Shown here one piece after another: positions 39,837 to 53,113 of a DNA stretch of 64,000 nucleotides; positions within the stretch are counted from its first letter, which is position 1, and each line of letters begins with the position of its first letter. The stretch is from Piromyces finnis finn (Eukaryota; Fungi; Neocallimastigomycota). The stretch lies in assembly GCA_002104945.1 (NCBI GenBank), contig MCFH01000018.1, positions 744,001-808,000 of the forward strand, given 5' to 3'. Under the pieces are notes generated by a model. The model worked only from the letters and a program-made list of their open reading frames with translations. It ran no database searches and was not told the DNA's origin. The translations under genes and the position numbers were made by a program.

Positions 39837-40766
39837 CAAAATAATAATATTGAATGAATTAACAAATTATTGAAAAAATAAAAATTATTATCTTCCTTTT
39901 ATTTATAAAAGTTAATATATATTTCTTTAAAAAAGAATATATAATTAAATTATTTATTTTTAATTTTTATAAACATTATTCAATTATTTATAGTCACGCT
40001 GCTGTTTCCTACTCAAGATTAGAAGCTGCTCGTTGGTTATTAGAAAATGGTGCTGATATCAATATCACTGATGATGATGGTGATACTCCACTTCATGCTT
40101 GTGAATCTGCTGACATGGCTAAAATGTTAGTTGAAGAATTTAAAGCTAATCCATTAGCCAAGAATGATGAAGGAAAAATGGTAATTAAAAAAAAAAAAAA
40201 GAAAGAAAAAAAAAAATTAAAAAATTTATAATTTTTATAATTGTTTTAATAATCAATACATTTAATGTGTTACTTTGTGAAATTAATAATATTTTTTATT
40301 TTAAAATATATATTAATATATACATTTTCGTTATATGAAATATCTTTTATTTACATCTCGTATATAAATATATCGTTTAATCATAACACGTTAATCCACC
40401 TATTTCAACCTATTTAATAATTAAAATGAAAACAAAAAAAAAAAAAAAAAACTATAAAATATTAACAATAATAATAGCCAATTGATAATGCTTATGAAGA
40501 AGATTTTGATGAAGTTGTTGAATACTTAAAAAGTATGTGTAATATATATTTATAATTGTCAATTTATTTGCTTTTAATAAATCTATGTATTAATTAAATT
40601 TTTTATAGCTTACTGTAAAGACTTTGTTCCAGGACCAAAAGAACAAGATAGTGATGAATTACTTAGTGTTGTTTTAGAAGAACTTGAACGTGCCAGAGAT
40701 AAAATAAAAAATGGTGAAAGTCTTAGTGATACTGAAGAAGAAGAAGAAGAAGTAGACAGTGATTAA
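39290..40766 (+). CDS. Ankyrin-repeat protein similar to yeast YCR051W; five or six small exons
   Basis: Spliced translation SNLWLVAGEGNIEKIK...KDEYGYTALHAAVSYSRLEAARWLLENGADINITDDDGDTPLHACES...NDEGKMPID with an acidic tail. Not in the ORF track. Confidence 0.85.
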
Positions 40767-41130
40767 AATTGAAAAAAATATAAAAAAAAGTTATTATACA
40801 ATTCATAAAGTGTACTATCCTATCCTTTCCACATGATCAATAAATAGATATAAAAAATATGTAATCTCTCTCTATTCTCTCTATATAAATACATTTATAA
40901 ATGATATTAAAAGTCACTTTTCTTTTACAATTTTATAATTTTAAATGTAATATAAATAAATAGAAAAAAATAAAAAATAAAATACTTAAAAAATAAATAA
41001 ATAAAATAAAACACCTAAAAAAATAATAATAATAAAAAAAAAAAGGTTTCCATCAGTTTAAAATTTTAATAGAGTAAAAGTAATAGGAAGTAGTAAAAAA
41101 TTTTTTAATTTTTTTTATCTTAGCATTGTT

Positions 41131-41375
41131 GTAATAGTAATAGTAATAGTAATAGTAATAGTAATAGTAATAGTAATAGTAATAGTCAAAGTAATAGTAA
41201 TAGTAATAGTAATAGTAATAGTAATAGTAATAGTAATAGTAATAGTAATAGTAATAGTAATAGTAATAGTAATAGTAATAGTAATAGTAATAGTAATAGT
41301 AATAGTAATAGTAATAGTAATAGTAATAGTAATAGTAATAGTAATAGTAATAGTAATAGTAATCGGTAATAGTAA
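41131..41375. repeat. (GTAATA)n hexamer array, about 40 units
   Basis: Directly visible, with two interruptions (gtcaaa; aatcg). Source of the spurious poly-Leu ORF. Confidence 0.95.
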
Positions 41376-42741
41376 AATAAAAATATAATCATAGTCATAT
41401 TTCTACTTAAAATTAAAGTCGAAATCAAAATTCATGTTATAGTAGCCATAGCCATAGTCATAGTAAAATTGGAATAAGAAGAAAAATTTTTCATTTATAT
41501 TACTTGAATACTCAATGAAAGCTCCAAACTAACATTTTATTAAATATTTTTTCTTTTAATTATTGTTTCGATTTCTTTTTTTTTTTTTTATGTTTCTTAT
41601 TAAGCATTACCATTTAATAATAATAATATGAATATAAAAATATTTAAAATATATTTAGTTTCTTTATTCATCATCAATTCCTCCTTCTTCCCTTCTCTTT
41701 TATTAGGTTTACTCATCTTTTAACATTTTAATGTGGCCTTTTTTTAAAAAAAGAAAAAAAAAATTAATTTATTTTATATTATATATTATTAAATATATTT
41801 AAATATATATTATTAATTATTAATTATTATACTCAATTTATATTTATTTAAAATATAATTGATGACATAATCATATTAAATATTTTAACAATTTATTTTT
41901 GAAAATTAAAAATATCCATTGAATACAATTAATTGATAATATATAATTTCAATATATTTTAATAAATTGAATTTTATTATTCTTTTTTTTAAAAAAAAAT
42001 TTAAAGTTTTTATCAATTTTAAAAAAAAAATTATTTTTATTAAAAGCAATATAAAAGAAAGGAAAAAGTAACAAAAAAAAAAAAAAAAATAAAGGAAATT
42101 TTAATTGAATTAAACATTAAATTTATAATTAAAAAAAGGAGAATTATTGTTTTTTTTTTTTTTTAAAAAAAAAGAAATAAAAAGAAAAAATAAAATAATT
42201 ATTAAATAGAAATATTTATTAAATATTTTATTAAATATTATGTATTTAAATAAAAAAGAACCCTATTTTATTTATATTAAATTTTTATCTTCTTAAAATT
42301 TTGACATTGGTAATAGTAACAATTAGATAGTAACATCAATATTATTAATTACAATATTAAAAGAATAATAATAATTATAGTAATAGTAAAAGGCGACAAG
42401 AAAGAGATAGTACGAATTAAATAAAAACAAAAAGAAGATAAATATAAATAATATTATTAGGAAAATTTATATCTTTGAAATAAAAAGGTGGGAAAAAAGA
42501 AAAAGACAGAAAAAAAAATAACAAATTATTATTTCATTAAAGAAAATATATATATATATATTTATGCATATATTCAATAATAAGTTAAATGTTTAATAAA
42601 TAAATAAAACAGCAATAAAAGGCAACATTAATAATAATACTACTACTACTACTACTAATAATACTACTACTACTACTACTAATAATAATAATAATAATAA
42701 TAAATAGATATTGAAACAAAACAAAACAAAACAAAACAAAA

Positions 42742-42775
<34 letters not shown>

Positions 42776-43373
42776 TTTTAAAAAGCCTCATAAAAATTTT
42801 GTATTAATAATAACAAATATTTAGATTTTTGGTCGTTAAAATATTTAATACTATAATAAATATATTATTTAAAGACTATAAAAAGCATATACAAAAACAC
42901 AATTTTCTTATTTTTTTTAAAAATTTAATATCAATTATAGTTTATATATATGAAATGTATATTGTAAATATATTCAAAGGTTAATATAAACAACAACAAC
43001 AATAATAATAATAATACACCAATAATAACATAAATATACAATTTTTTTTTCAAATAATGAATAAAACTTTATATATAAAACAATAGTAAACTTAACTAAT
43101 AGACTTTTTTTTTTTCAAAAAAGAAAAAAAAAAAAATTAATAATACATTCTAAATAGCATTATATATAGTATATAATATATATTTTTATATTTTAAATCT
43201 CTTAAAAGATTTTCTGTTTGTTTAAATTTCAATTATAGTATTAAGTTTGAAATTTTTATTTTATTTTTCCCAATTTTAGTGGACACTATTAATATCAACC
43301 AATTCATAATTTTTTTTTTTTTTAAAGATTGTATAAAAAAAAAATTTTTTTTTATTATTATATATATAAAACA

Positions 43374-46300
43374 ATGAATACAAATAAAGAATTTGAATAT
43401 CGTCTGCCAAGTAGAAATCCCCTCAATATTAATGGATATAACCAATTTATAAATTCAATGAATGAAAATGTTGTTAAATATGAAAAAAAAAAGAAAAAGA
43501 AAGAGTACAACAATACTAATAAAGATAGTCATAAAAATAATAAAAATACAACCAAGATATCAGAAAATAAATATCTTCAATATGGTAATAAAACAGAAAA
43601 AAGAAACGGCGAACAAATGAGTAAAATTTATTATAAAGTTAAAAAAAGAAGTTATCGTCCAATAGTCAATAATAATATTTTTCAGGTGAAAATTCCTAAT
43701 TCAGGAATGAAAGAAAGACATGAAGTATCGACAATGATAGATGAAAAAAGAAATAAAAAGTTGAAAGAATGTTATTTTTATCCTTATAGTTTACCAAATC
43801 CTATGATATTTGGTGACAACACCCATAACGAAACGTTAACCTCCATAAATAATTCAACTCCAAAGAATCCTTTTAAATACTCGTACAGTTACTTTGCTGA
43901 AGGTTTAAAAAGAAAAGAAAAAGATCAACTTTTATCAAATGAATATTGTAATCAATACTCTTCCTCTCACGATACCTTTATACCCGATCCTAAAATAAAT
44001 TCAAGAATTAAAGGTGAATTACAACCCAATTACCAGTCAGTAACATCAAGTCAAAATTCAGACTTTAACCCATCCCTACCTTCATATCATGATTCAATGG
44101 AAACTAAATATGATTACAATAATAATTTTATTCCCTATGATGTCGATAGGAATAATAGTTTTAATGTATCATTCCAACATTCCCATTTCGATAATAATAT
44201 AAAATTCTACAGTAGTAATACAAATAGTACAAATAATTTTTATTTTAATCATTATGATCATTATAACCATTCGGACCGACCCTCTTCTCATTTCCATCCA
44301 ATACAATCAAAATCTAATCAAGATTGGGAAGAACCTACCCCTTTCCAAAATAATTATCTATATTCACCACCACATAGAAACAATTATTATTCCACAATAC
44401 AAATACCTTTTCCTGAATCCTTTAAAAATAAAACTGACATAGGAAATAAAAATTTAAAAAGTATTATGTCACCTACCAAAAGAAATAAAGGTAAATATGA
44501 CCAAGAAGAAAATTATCATCCTCAAGGAATGAAACGTGACTATATCACTTCCTTTTCTATCGATTTACCCTCTTATGAGGATGATCAAGGTCGATCTTTG
44601 ACGCAAATCAAAAAAATAAGAGGTAAAGGCCATCAAAAAACATCGTTAGCTTCATTATCCTTATCACAACCTACTACAAATCTTAACCATAATTATGCAT
44701 TATATGATCGTTTACCTTCCACAACGAACCATCTATCCACCACTAAAAATTATAATACCCATCCTCAAGAGTGTCATTCCAATAATAACTCTACTAAAAT
44801 AACACCACCCGCCAAATCGATTGATAATAATTCTTTCTCTGACTCGATTAAGAAGAAACTTAGTATTCCATCCTTACTCTATGAAAATCCCCCCACAAAT
44901 TCAATAAAATCTCAAAGTGACATTGGAAATTCTTCCACACCTACAGCATACGCAACCGAATACCAAAATGATAATGGAAATCCTTCTACAGCTATAGAAT
45001 ATACAGTCAGATCTCAAAGTGATAATAGAAATCCTTCCACAACTACAACATATACAATGAAATCTCAAAGTGGTAATGGAAATCCTCCTACAACATATAC
45101 AACCCAATCCCAAAATGGTAATGGAAATCCTCCTACAACATATACAACCCAATCCCAAAATGGTAATGAAATGAAATCTTTTAAAAAACATGATGTTCAA
45201 TTTATAATCAATTCTGAATCACCTTTTATTAAATCAACACATTTATCCGCACCTTCCAACTCTTTTTCAACTTTTTCCTCTTCGTCTTTAAAAAATACTA
45301 AAATTCTGGATGAAGCCTCTAGTAGTAGAGCATGTTATTATGATACCCATCCAAAGGAGATTATTTTCCCATGCGAAAAGAAAAGTAATTATGAAGTCGA
45401 AAATAAAAGGACCATTTTTTCTAATGCTTATTCTCCATCATTTGATTTAAATCAAACGCATTCACACTACGCTCCTTCCCCTTCATTTTCACCTTCTCCT
45501 TTAGCCTACCCATTCTATCGTGTACAATCTTTTAGTCATAGTAAAAGAAAAGATGATCTACCTTTAGATCATCATCAAAATTATCCATCTAAACCCTTGA
45601 CAGATTCACTTTTGTCACCTTTAGCAACCATTCCTCATTCTAAGCATTATTCAAAAATGCCATCTCAACATAGACCTCCTATCTCACTAGATTCAACATT
45701 TCCATATCATACTACATCTAAATCTTTTCCTTTCAATAATGTATCCTCATCATCTAAATTATCTTCACGTTTGTCTTCTTCTTCTCAAAAGAATCCCTAT
45801 CGTTCTTCTTCATCGATTAATCCTCCACTTTCACCTACAACTACTTCTTCATACAATAATAATCCAATACCAACAACAATACTAACAACAACACCAATAT
45901 CAAACACTAACATCAAGTCAGATTCAAAAAGATCACCTTTTTCTTATCCTTCCACCATGAATCATTTCAATTATTTATATTCCTTAAAAAATGAAAACGT
46001 TAATCAACAGTCATTTAGATATCCAAAATTTTCCCAACCTAATTCCTTCTTGAATAATGATAATAGAAGTACAAGAGGACAAGCTTTAATCAATCCCACT
46101 ATAAAATATTTACCCTCCTATTCTACTTTTCATACCCCTTCTTCTTCTTCTTCTTCTTCTTCTTCTTCAATTTCCTCCTATTTATCCACAAAAGCAATAC
46201 CCTCAACAACCTCCTATTATCCAATTCCTTACTATTTAAAACATAAAAAGAATAAAGACAATTATTCTTCATTCTATATTAATACTAATCTCTTAAAAAA

Positions 46301-46604
46301 ATCATCTTTATCACCAATGCTTCATCATTCTCGACATGTTTTACCTTCTTATCTTTTCAAAAATAAACAACACAGTCATAATCATAAATCAAATGAAAAA
46401 GTTATTGATTTAACAAAGTCGGAACAATATTTACGTACCATGTCACAAGAGGATGGATGTCATACTGGAGGATATATCTGGAATACAGAATTTCTTTGTA
46501 AATGTAATGTTACCCCACATGAAAATATTCCTATTCCATCAACAACAGTAAAAGTGGATGATATTATACTTACTGAAGAAGATTTAAATTTTTTTAAAAA
46601 ATAA
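43374..46604 (+). CDS. Intronless 1076-aa Ser/Asn/Pro/His-rich protein of unknown function
   Basis: 3.2-kb open frame with raised GC in about 85-90% AT surroundings. Internal 15-18-aa repeats. Likely start MNTNKEF at 43374. Confidence 0.75.
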   Translation: MNTNKEFEYRLPSRNPLNINGYNQFINSMNENVVKYEKKKKKKEYNNTNKDSHKNNKNTTKISENKYLQYGNKTEKRNGEQMSKIYYKVKKRSYRPIVNNNIFQVKIPNSGMKERHEVSTMIDEKRNKKLKECYFYPYSLPNPMIFGDNTHNETLTSINNSTPKNPFKYSYSYFAEGLKRKEKDQLLSNEYCNQYSSSHDTFIPDPKINSRIKGELQPNYQSVTSSQNSDFNPSLPSYHDSMETKYDYNNNFIPYDVDRNNSFNVSFQHSHFDNNIKFYSSNTNSTNNFYFNHYDHYNHSDRPSSHFHPIQSKSNQDWEEPTPFQNNYLYSPPHRNNYYSTIQIPFPESFKNKTDIGNKNLKSIMSPTKRNKGKYDQEENYHPQGMKRDYITSFSIDLPSYEDDQGRSLTQIKKIRGKGHQKTSLASLSLSQPTTNLNHNYALYDRLPSTTNHLSTTKNYNTHPQECHSNNNSTKITPPAKSIDNNSFSDSIKKKLSIPSLLYENPPTNSIKSQSDIGNSSTPTAYATEYQNDNGNPSTAIEYTVRSQSDNRNPSTTTTYTMKSQSGNGNPPTTYTTQSQNGNGNPPTTYTTQSQNGNEMKSFKKHDVQFIINSESPFIKSTHLSAPSNSFSTFSSSSLKNTKILDEASSSRACYYDTHPKEIIFPCEKKSNYEVENKRTIFSNAYSPSFDLNQTHSHYAPSPSFSPSPLAYPFYRVQSFSHSKRKDDLPLDHHQNYPSKPLTDSLLSPLATIPHSKHYSKMPSQHRPPISLDSTFPYHTTSKSFPFNNVSSSSKLSSRLSSSSQKNPYRSSSSINPPLSPTTTSSYNNNPIPTTILTTTPISNTNIKSDSKRSPFSYPSTMNHFNYLYSLKNENVNQQSFRYPKFSQPNSFLNNDNRSTRGQALINPTIKYLPSYSTFHTPSSSSSSSSSSISSYLSTKAIPSTTSYYPIPYYLKHKKNKDNYSSFYINTNLLKKSSLSPMLHHSRHVLPSYLFKNKQHSHNHKSNEKVIDLTKSEQYLRTMSQEDGCHTGGYIWNTEFLCKCNVTPHENIPIPSTTVKVDDIILTEEDLNFFKK
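45071..45168 (+). repeat. Perfect 45-bp coding tandem repeat (GNGNPPTTYTTQSQN) x2, plus upstream degenerate units
   Basis: 45071-45115 is identical to 45116-45160. Related units go back to about 44910. Confidence 0.9.
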
Positions 46605-46646
46605 ATTAGAATAAGGGAATTTACATAAATATCAAGGGAAGATAAG

Positions 46647-46678
<32 letters not shown>

Positions 46679-47330
46679 CTTTTAAAAAAATTTTTTTACT
46701 CAAATCTTTAATAATAATAGAAAATAATAATCATATCAACATTTATATTATACTATTCCATAAAATCTTTTTTTTTTTTTTTCTTTTCTTTTAATATAAT
46801 AGTAAATCCTCCATCTCAAAAAGTAAGTAAATTTAATATTTTTTTTTTCTTTTTCAGTTGTATATAATAAAATAGGGTGAAATTTTATTTTATTTTTTTT
46901 TTTTTTTCTTTCTTTTTTTCTTTCTTTTTCTATTATTCCTTTATTGTAAAAAAATTTAATGATACCATCAACTGTAGTTTAAATTTTAATAAAAAAAATG
47001 AAACAAAATCAAAAATATTTATTATTGTTTTGTTGCTTTATTTTATTATTTTTATTTAGTTTTTGTTTGTTTGTTTTTGTTTTTGTTGTTTTATTTTATA
47101 TTCTTTGTATTCTTTGTATTGCTTGTTTATTTGCTTACTTGATTTTTTTTTTTTTTTTTTAATACATCAATAAATATATTGATAAAAAAAAATTTTTTTT
47201 TTTTTTTTGAATTATTTTATATTACATAGATGAATTAGAAAATGAGGTAAAAATAAAAAATTTACCTTTTCAACAAAAATGAAATATAAAGAGTGTGAAA
47301 AAAAAAAAAAAAAAAAAAAGTGATTATACT

Positions 47331-47364
<34 letters not shown>

Positions 47365-47532
47365 CAACTATTGAATGGATTGTATATAATGAATGGCTTA
47401 AATTGCTTATTTTTATTATTATTATGACTACAAACATCAAGAGTTTCATTTCTTTTATATATTTATATTTTTTATGTTATTATTATTATTATTAAAATTC
47501 AATTAGTATTATTAAAAAGTTTATGGAAATTT

Positions 47533-47563
<31 letters not shown>

Positions 47564-48341
47564 GATAAAAGAAAAAATAAAATAAAATAATAAAAAAAAA
47601 AAAAAAAATAAAATAAAAAATAAAAATAAAAATAAATCTTTTTTTTTTTTTTTTTTTATTAAATATAAAAAAAGATATCCATTTAAAATAATAATATTAA
47701 TATTAATACTTTTAAAAAAATAATAAAAGAAAAAAGCATTAAATTAAAAGATATTTTGAGGTTGATAGTTTTAGTTTTTAAATTTATAAAATTTTTATAT
47801 AATAAAAACATAAATAATATATTATTTTTTTTTCTAGTTTTTTTTTTTATAAAAAATTTTGAAAAAAATAAAATCGTTGTAAAAAAAAATATATATATAT
47901 ATATAATATTAATAATAAAAATAAAATAATAAAATGGTAGTTTATACAATATTAATATTGGTTAATTGTATATGTTTTACAAAAGGATAGTGTCATTAAT
48001 TGTTGTAAAAAAAAAAAAAAAAAAAAAAAAGTGTCATTGATGTTTTTCATTGAATTGTTCATGATGTTAGGGTATGAATTAAAATATATATATTATTTAA
48101 ATTCCATTAAATATTTTAATTAGAAAGAATCAATAAAAGGAATAATGGTAAATAATAACAAAAAAATGATAATTTTTCTTTTTTAGTTATTATTTATTAT
48201 TACCTTTTTTTTATTGGATGGTCCACTTTACCACTTTATTATTATTAAATTTTTTAAAAAGTAAATTTTTAATTCTTTTTTCTTTTTTTTTTTTTTTACT
48301 TTTTCCCTTTTTTCTCCCTTTTCTTCATAGCCTCGCTTTTT

Positions 48342-51300
48342 CTACATAATAATACATTTATCTTTAGATGATGAGGAGGATGAATTCTTTCTTTCAGATG
48401 ATACAGAATCAGAATCATCATCTGATTTCTTTTTAAGTTTAATAGTATCACCATTTAATATACTTTCATACTTTGTTTCAGTGGTGAAATGAAGATTCAA
48501 TTCATCTTCAATTAAATCATAATTACATGGACGTGAAAATATTTCTTTTTCAATCAATGGAAGTTCACTTGATTTATGTCCATTGAGCCAATAAACACAT
48601 GACTTTTCACTCATTTTCTTAATAGCCTTTGGATCTTTATGAGTGGATGCAACGTAATACCATTTCATGGCTTCTTCAGCATCCCTATTAATACCAATAC
48701 CATTATCGTAAAAGTAACCAATGGCAAATTCAGCTTTTGGAAGATTACGTTCAGCAGCTTTACGAGTCCATTGGAAGGCAATTTCATTGGAGGGTTCAAT
48801 AACATACTCTACCACTTCATTATTTTGTTCTTTATCATTTGCTGTAGTGTGCGATACTTGACTACCAGTTAAATACCAACCTGCTAATTCAAACATAGAT
48901 TCCCCATGTCCTTTAGCGGCAGCCATACCAAAGTATTGTATAGAGGTCTTGGCATCAACTTCAACACCTAAACGACCATGTTCATAACAAAGACCAAGTT
49001 TATATTGGGATTGAATATGACCAAGAGTTGCGGCTTTGTTCAATAATTGAACGGCATAATTATTATCACGAATAATAAGATTAGGAATACCACGTTCATA
49101 AATGGTAGAAAGATGATAAAAAGCTTGTGGATATTGCTTATTAGCATACATAGTTGAAAGTCTTAACCAACGAACCCCTTCCTTTAAGTTGGTTTTTAAA
49201 CCTAACTCACCATTAAGATTTGCTAAACCAAGACGACACATGGCACCTGGATGATTTAAAGTGGAGGCTTTTTGATAAATTTGGAAAGCTTTACGTTGAT
49301 CGGCTCGAGTACCTAAACCTAATTCATGGCAAACCCCTACGGTAAAGCAAGATTCCTTATGATTACTCTTGAATGCCTGGAAGAAACAATTATATGCCTT
49401 ATTATAATTTGGCTTGAAATTATTTAATTCAACAGTAGTAATACCCGGAAAACCACTAGCATAAAGATTACCAAGAAGGTATAAACTATCACCATGTTGG
49501 GTGGATTGACAAGTTTTTTTCATAATCTTCATTAAATTTTTACGGTATACCTCATGAATAGCAACTGGAAGTAATTGTATATTATTGGCAACATAAAGTA
49601 AATTAGCAAAACGAAGATCATGATCCTTGATAGTTTTACTAGCTTCTAATGCATCATCTAACTTCTTCTTTAATATAATAGTTGAATCCTTCTTTTCCGG
49701 TGAAAGTCCTTCTAAAACTTCGCTAACATTATCAGCACTTTCTTCATCGTAGAAAGACACTGATGAATTATTGCTATCAATATTTTCTAATGAAAAGTTG
49801 GTGGAACTTAATTCGGATTCATCATCTTTAATTATTGATTTTATTAAAAATACAATGAATTTGATTTTACCATATTGAATAAAATATTAAACATTAATGA
49901 AAAAATATAGAGTTAGTTCAAATTTAAATGATTGATTTTAAAAATTGTTGACATTTATTATTGTATTTCGATTTATATTAAAAGAATAGTTAGGCATGAA
50001 GGGATATTGTTGTATTTCGAAATATTGTGAAGAAAGTAGTTATGATTTACAAACATAAATTATTGAATTTCGGTATATATTATTAGTTAAAGACGCATTT
50101 TGCATATATTTTTGTATTTTGAGATATATATTGAAATTTTAAAAATTTTCATATTGTATTTTTAGAATAAAAATATTGATATATATAATTATAAAGTTGA
50201 AGGACAAATAGAAATATAATGGAAATAAATGATAGATTGGAGATGTAAAGTATATATATAGAGTATTTTTCATAATATCATAAAATTTATTTAAGTATTA
50301 ATAAATAAAAATAATCGATAATCGATAGATAAATATATAAAGTATAGGATTAAAAGTTAATAAATTATTGATAATTTTTAAATAAAAATCTAATATATAA
50401 TAATAGTATATAAAAAAAATTACCATTCTTTTTATTTTCTTTATTCATTATATTTGGTGAAGATTCAGAACGATTACGAACACCATCCAAAAGATTTGAC
50501 TCTACTGAGAATAAGGAAACAGTATCATTCTTATTACGTCCAACACCTAAACCTTTAGACTTTTTACCCTTCTTTTTATCAAGACCAAATTCACCACCAG
50601 TATCAGATTTACTTTTAAGGAAATTACCGGGTGTGGTAAGGAAACTCTTCATACTACTAATACTATTCTTTCTATGCTTACCACACTTTAAACGTTCCAC
50701 AGATGACATTTTACGAGGTGAACTCATGAAAGAATAACTATCACCATAAAGACTTTCTTCATATTCCTTTTGACGTAAAGCCAATTCCTGAGAAGACATT
50801 GGTGTAGGAAGAAGAGATGGATCGATTTTACCGTCAGGTCCGGTTGGAATAATAAATAAAGGTACACTTTTCGAAGAAGTTCCAGATAATTCTCCACTTT
50901 TTGGAGTTGCAGTACCTGATTGAGGAGCACTTGGGGACATCATTGTGGAAGATAAGGGTATTAATAAGGATTGTCTTTTGCCTTTTTTTGCTACATTTGA
51001 TTTACTTTTTTCACGAAGACGAGGTGTTACTGGTGAAAGGGATTCCTCTATTTCTTCGGATAGGGCTGGAGATGCTAATTGACTAATAGCTGAATTTGAT
51101 CTTGATTTAGTCTTATTTTTTTTAGACTTTTTAGCCCCTGTATATGGTATTAAATTTCCATTACCATCGGGTATCATAATCGGTATTTTTTCACCATTAG
51201 GACCTACTGGCATCATTCCTTCAGGGATGACAAAGTTTTGAAGATCCGGTAAGGTAGTTGATTTTCTATAGGATGATATACCAGTATTAATCGAGGAAGT

Positions 51301-51474
51301 AGTAGAAACATAAGATAATCTATTATTCTTATAACGTTCTGGTTGATTTTTTCTTGGTTGTCTAGAATTTGGACTTGTTATTGCTTCTGAACTTTGACTT
51401 TTTTGCTTATTATTGTAAGCTATATTGGGTGGAGTTAATGGTGGTGATGCTAATCCTAAGTTTTTATTTGACAT
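48342..51474 (-). CDS. Chs4/Skt5-like chitin synthase regulator (Sel1-like repeats); exons 51474-50424 and 49825-48342
   Basis: Multiple Sel1 repeats (SQYKLGLCYEHGRLG, SMFELAGWYLTG, AEFAIGYFYDNGIG). C-terminal CaaX box CIIM as in Chs4. Phase-1 intron joins the disordered N-terminal ORF (NG|DDESEL). Confidence 0.85.
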
Positions 51475-52998
51475 TTTTTATATTATTTATATACTTTTTA
51501 AAGGAAAAATTATAATATTCTAATAAAGATAAAAAAAAATTTTTTTTTCAAAGAATTATTATTAATTATATATATTAATATTAGATTTTGGTTGGTTTGT
51601 TTTTATATATATTATATTCTTTTTTCCTTTTTTTCTTTTTGCGATATATATAATAGAATTTGACAATTTAGTTTTATCCTTTGAAGTATTTAATAAATAA
51701 ATAATTTATATAATTTATTTTTATTATCGCAATTTTTTATTATTCTGAATGAATAGTGTTTTATAATACAAGTATAATTTTTATTTTTTTTCGATATACG
51801 ATAATATTGGAGTGTATTAATAAGTTATATAGTTGATCTTTTACTGATATTTTTGATTATGTACTATTCTTTGGAATTATTAAAGTAAATTTAATTATTA
51901 ATTTGTTGCGAAATGTTTCGTCAGTGGTAATAGCTTATTAAATTACAAATAAAAAATAGTGATTTTTCTAAATATCACTATTTTTCTAAATATCAGTTTT
52001 CAAGAATAATTAAATCTCAAAAAATAATAAAAATTAATTATTTTTTTTAAAAAATTATTGCATAATTGTTTATTTTTAGAGTATTTAAAGTTTAATAGTC
52101 ATTAACTTTTTTGGAGAATAATAATTATTTTTTTGTGTAATATTACTCAATAATTTTGGTTGTTATTGTTGTTTTTGATAATCTTTATAATATGTTATAA
52201 AGTATATTGATTTTTTATATTATTTTTAAAAGATAATTTTCTAGAAATTCCTTTCAATTCTTTTACAGAGAAAATTAGCAAAAATTTTCAATATTATAAA
52301 ATAAAAATGTTATTAAATTGTAACGATAGTTTAAGATATATATATTAAATAGTAAATGTTATATTTTAAATACTTACTTAAATAATTCTTTTACTATTAT
52401 CTTTTATAAATTTACGGTTTTCTTTTAAAAAAAAAGAGTGAAAATTGTTTAAATTTTTAATTCCTTTTGGTATTTAATATATTGCTTTATATATATATGA
52501 TTATATGTTTGATTGAATAAAGTATGTAGTATTAACAACTTTAAATTTTTTTTATGGATTGCTATGTAAATCTTTTTCAAATATATTACTCTAAATATAT
52601 TGTAGTATATAGCAGTCAGTATAAGATAAATATGAAAATAAAAAATCTTTTATATTTTAAATCAATTTCAATATTGTTCGATTAATTTTTATATATATAT
52701 ATATATATATTTATATTTTTTTAGTAATAATACTATTAATTACTTTTGTTTCTTTAGTTTAAATCTATTTCAATAAAATTAAAAAAATCTAGTCAAAACA
52801 TAATTTAATAATTTTATTATTGAAAAAAGAAAATTATAAAAATAAAAAAAAGAATATTTTTTTTTTAATCTTTTATTATATTAAATAAAAATTAATATAA
52901 ATATTTGTTGACAGATTAACCCATAAAAAATAAAAAGATAAACAAAAAGAAATAAAAGTATAAATGGTATTATAATATTGTAGTAAATGAACATAAAA

Positions 52999-53113
52999 CT
53001 AAAATGAATAAACAATAAATAATATTGATTTAACTTTTTCAAAAAAAAAAAAAAAAACTAAAATGAATAAACAATAAATAATATTGATTTAACTTTTTCA
53101 AAAAAAAAAAAAA
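52999..53113. repeat. Tandem duplication of about 59 bp, each unit ending in poly(A)
   Basis: ctaaaatgaataaacaataaataatattgatttaactttttc(A)n occurs twice. Confidence 0.85.

Noticed and set aside
41131-41375. CRISPR array or telomeric repeat
   Set aside because: No spacers, eukaryotic context, and no evidence that this hexamer is the telomere unit.
41186-41428. Poly-Leu ORF, and similar ORFs at 28816, 33208, 42585, 27742, 27844, 43233, 46877, 47295 and 47683
   Set aside because: Translations of microsatellites or homopolymer-rich intergenic DNA.
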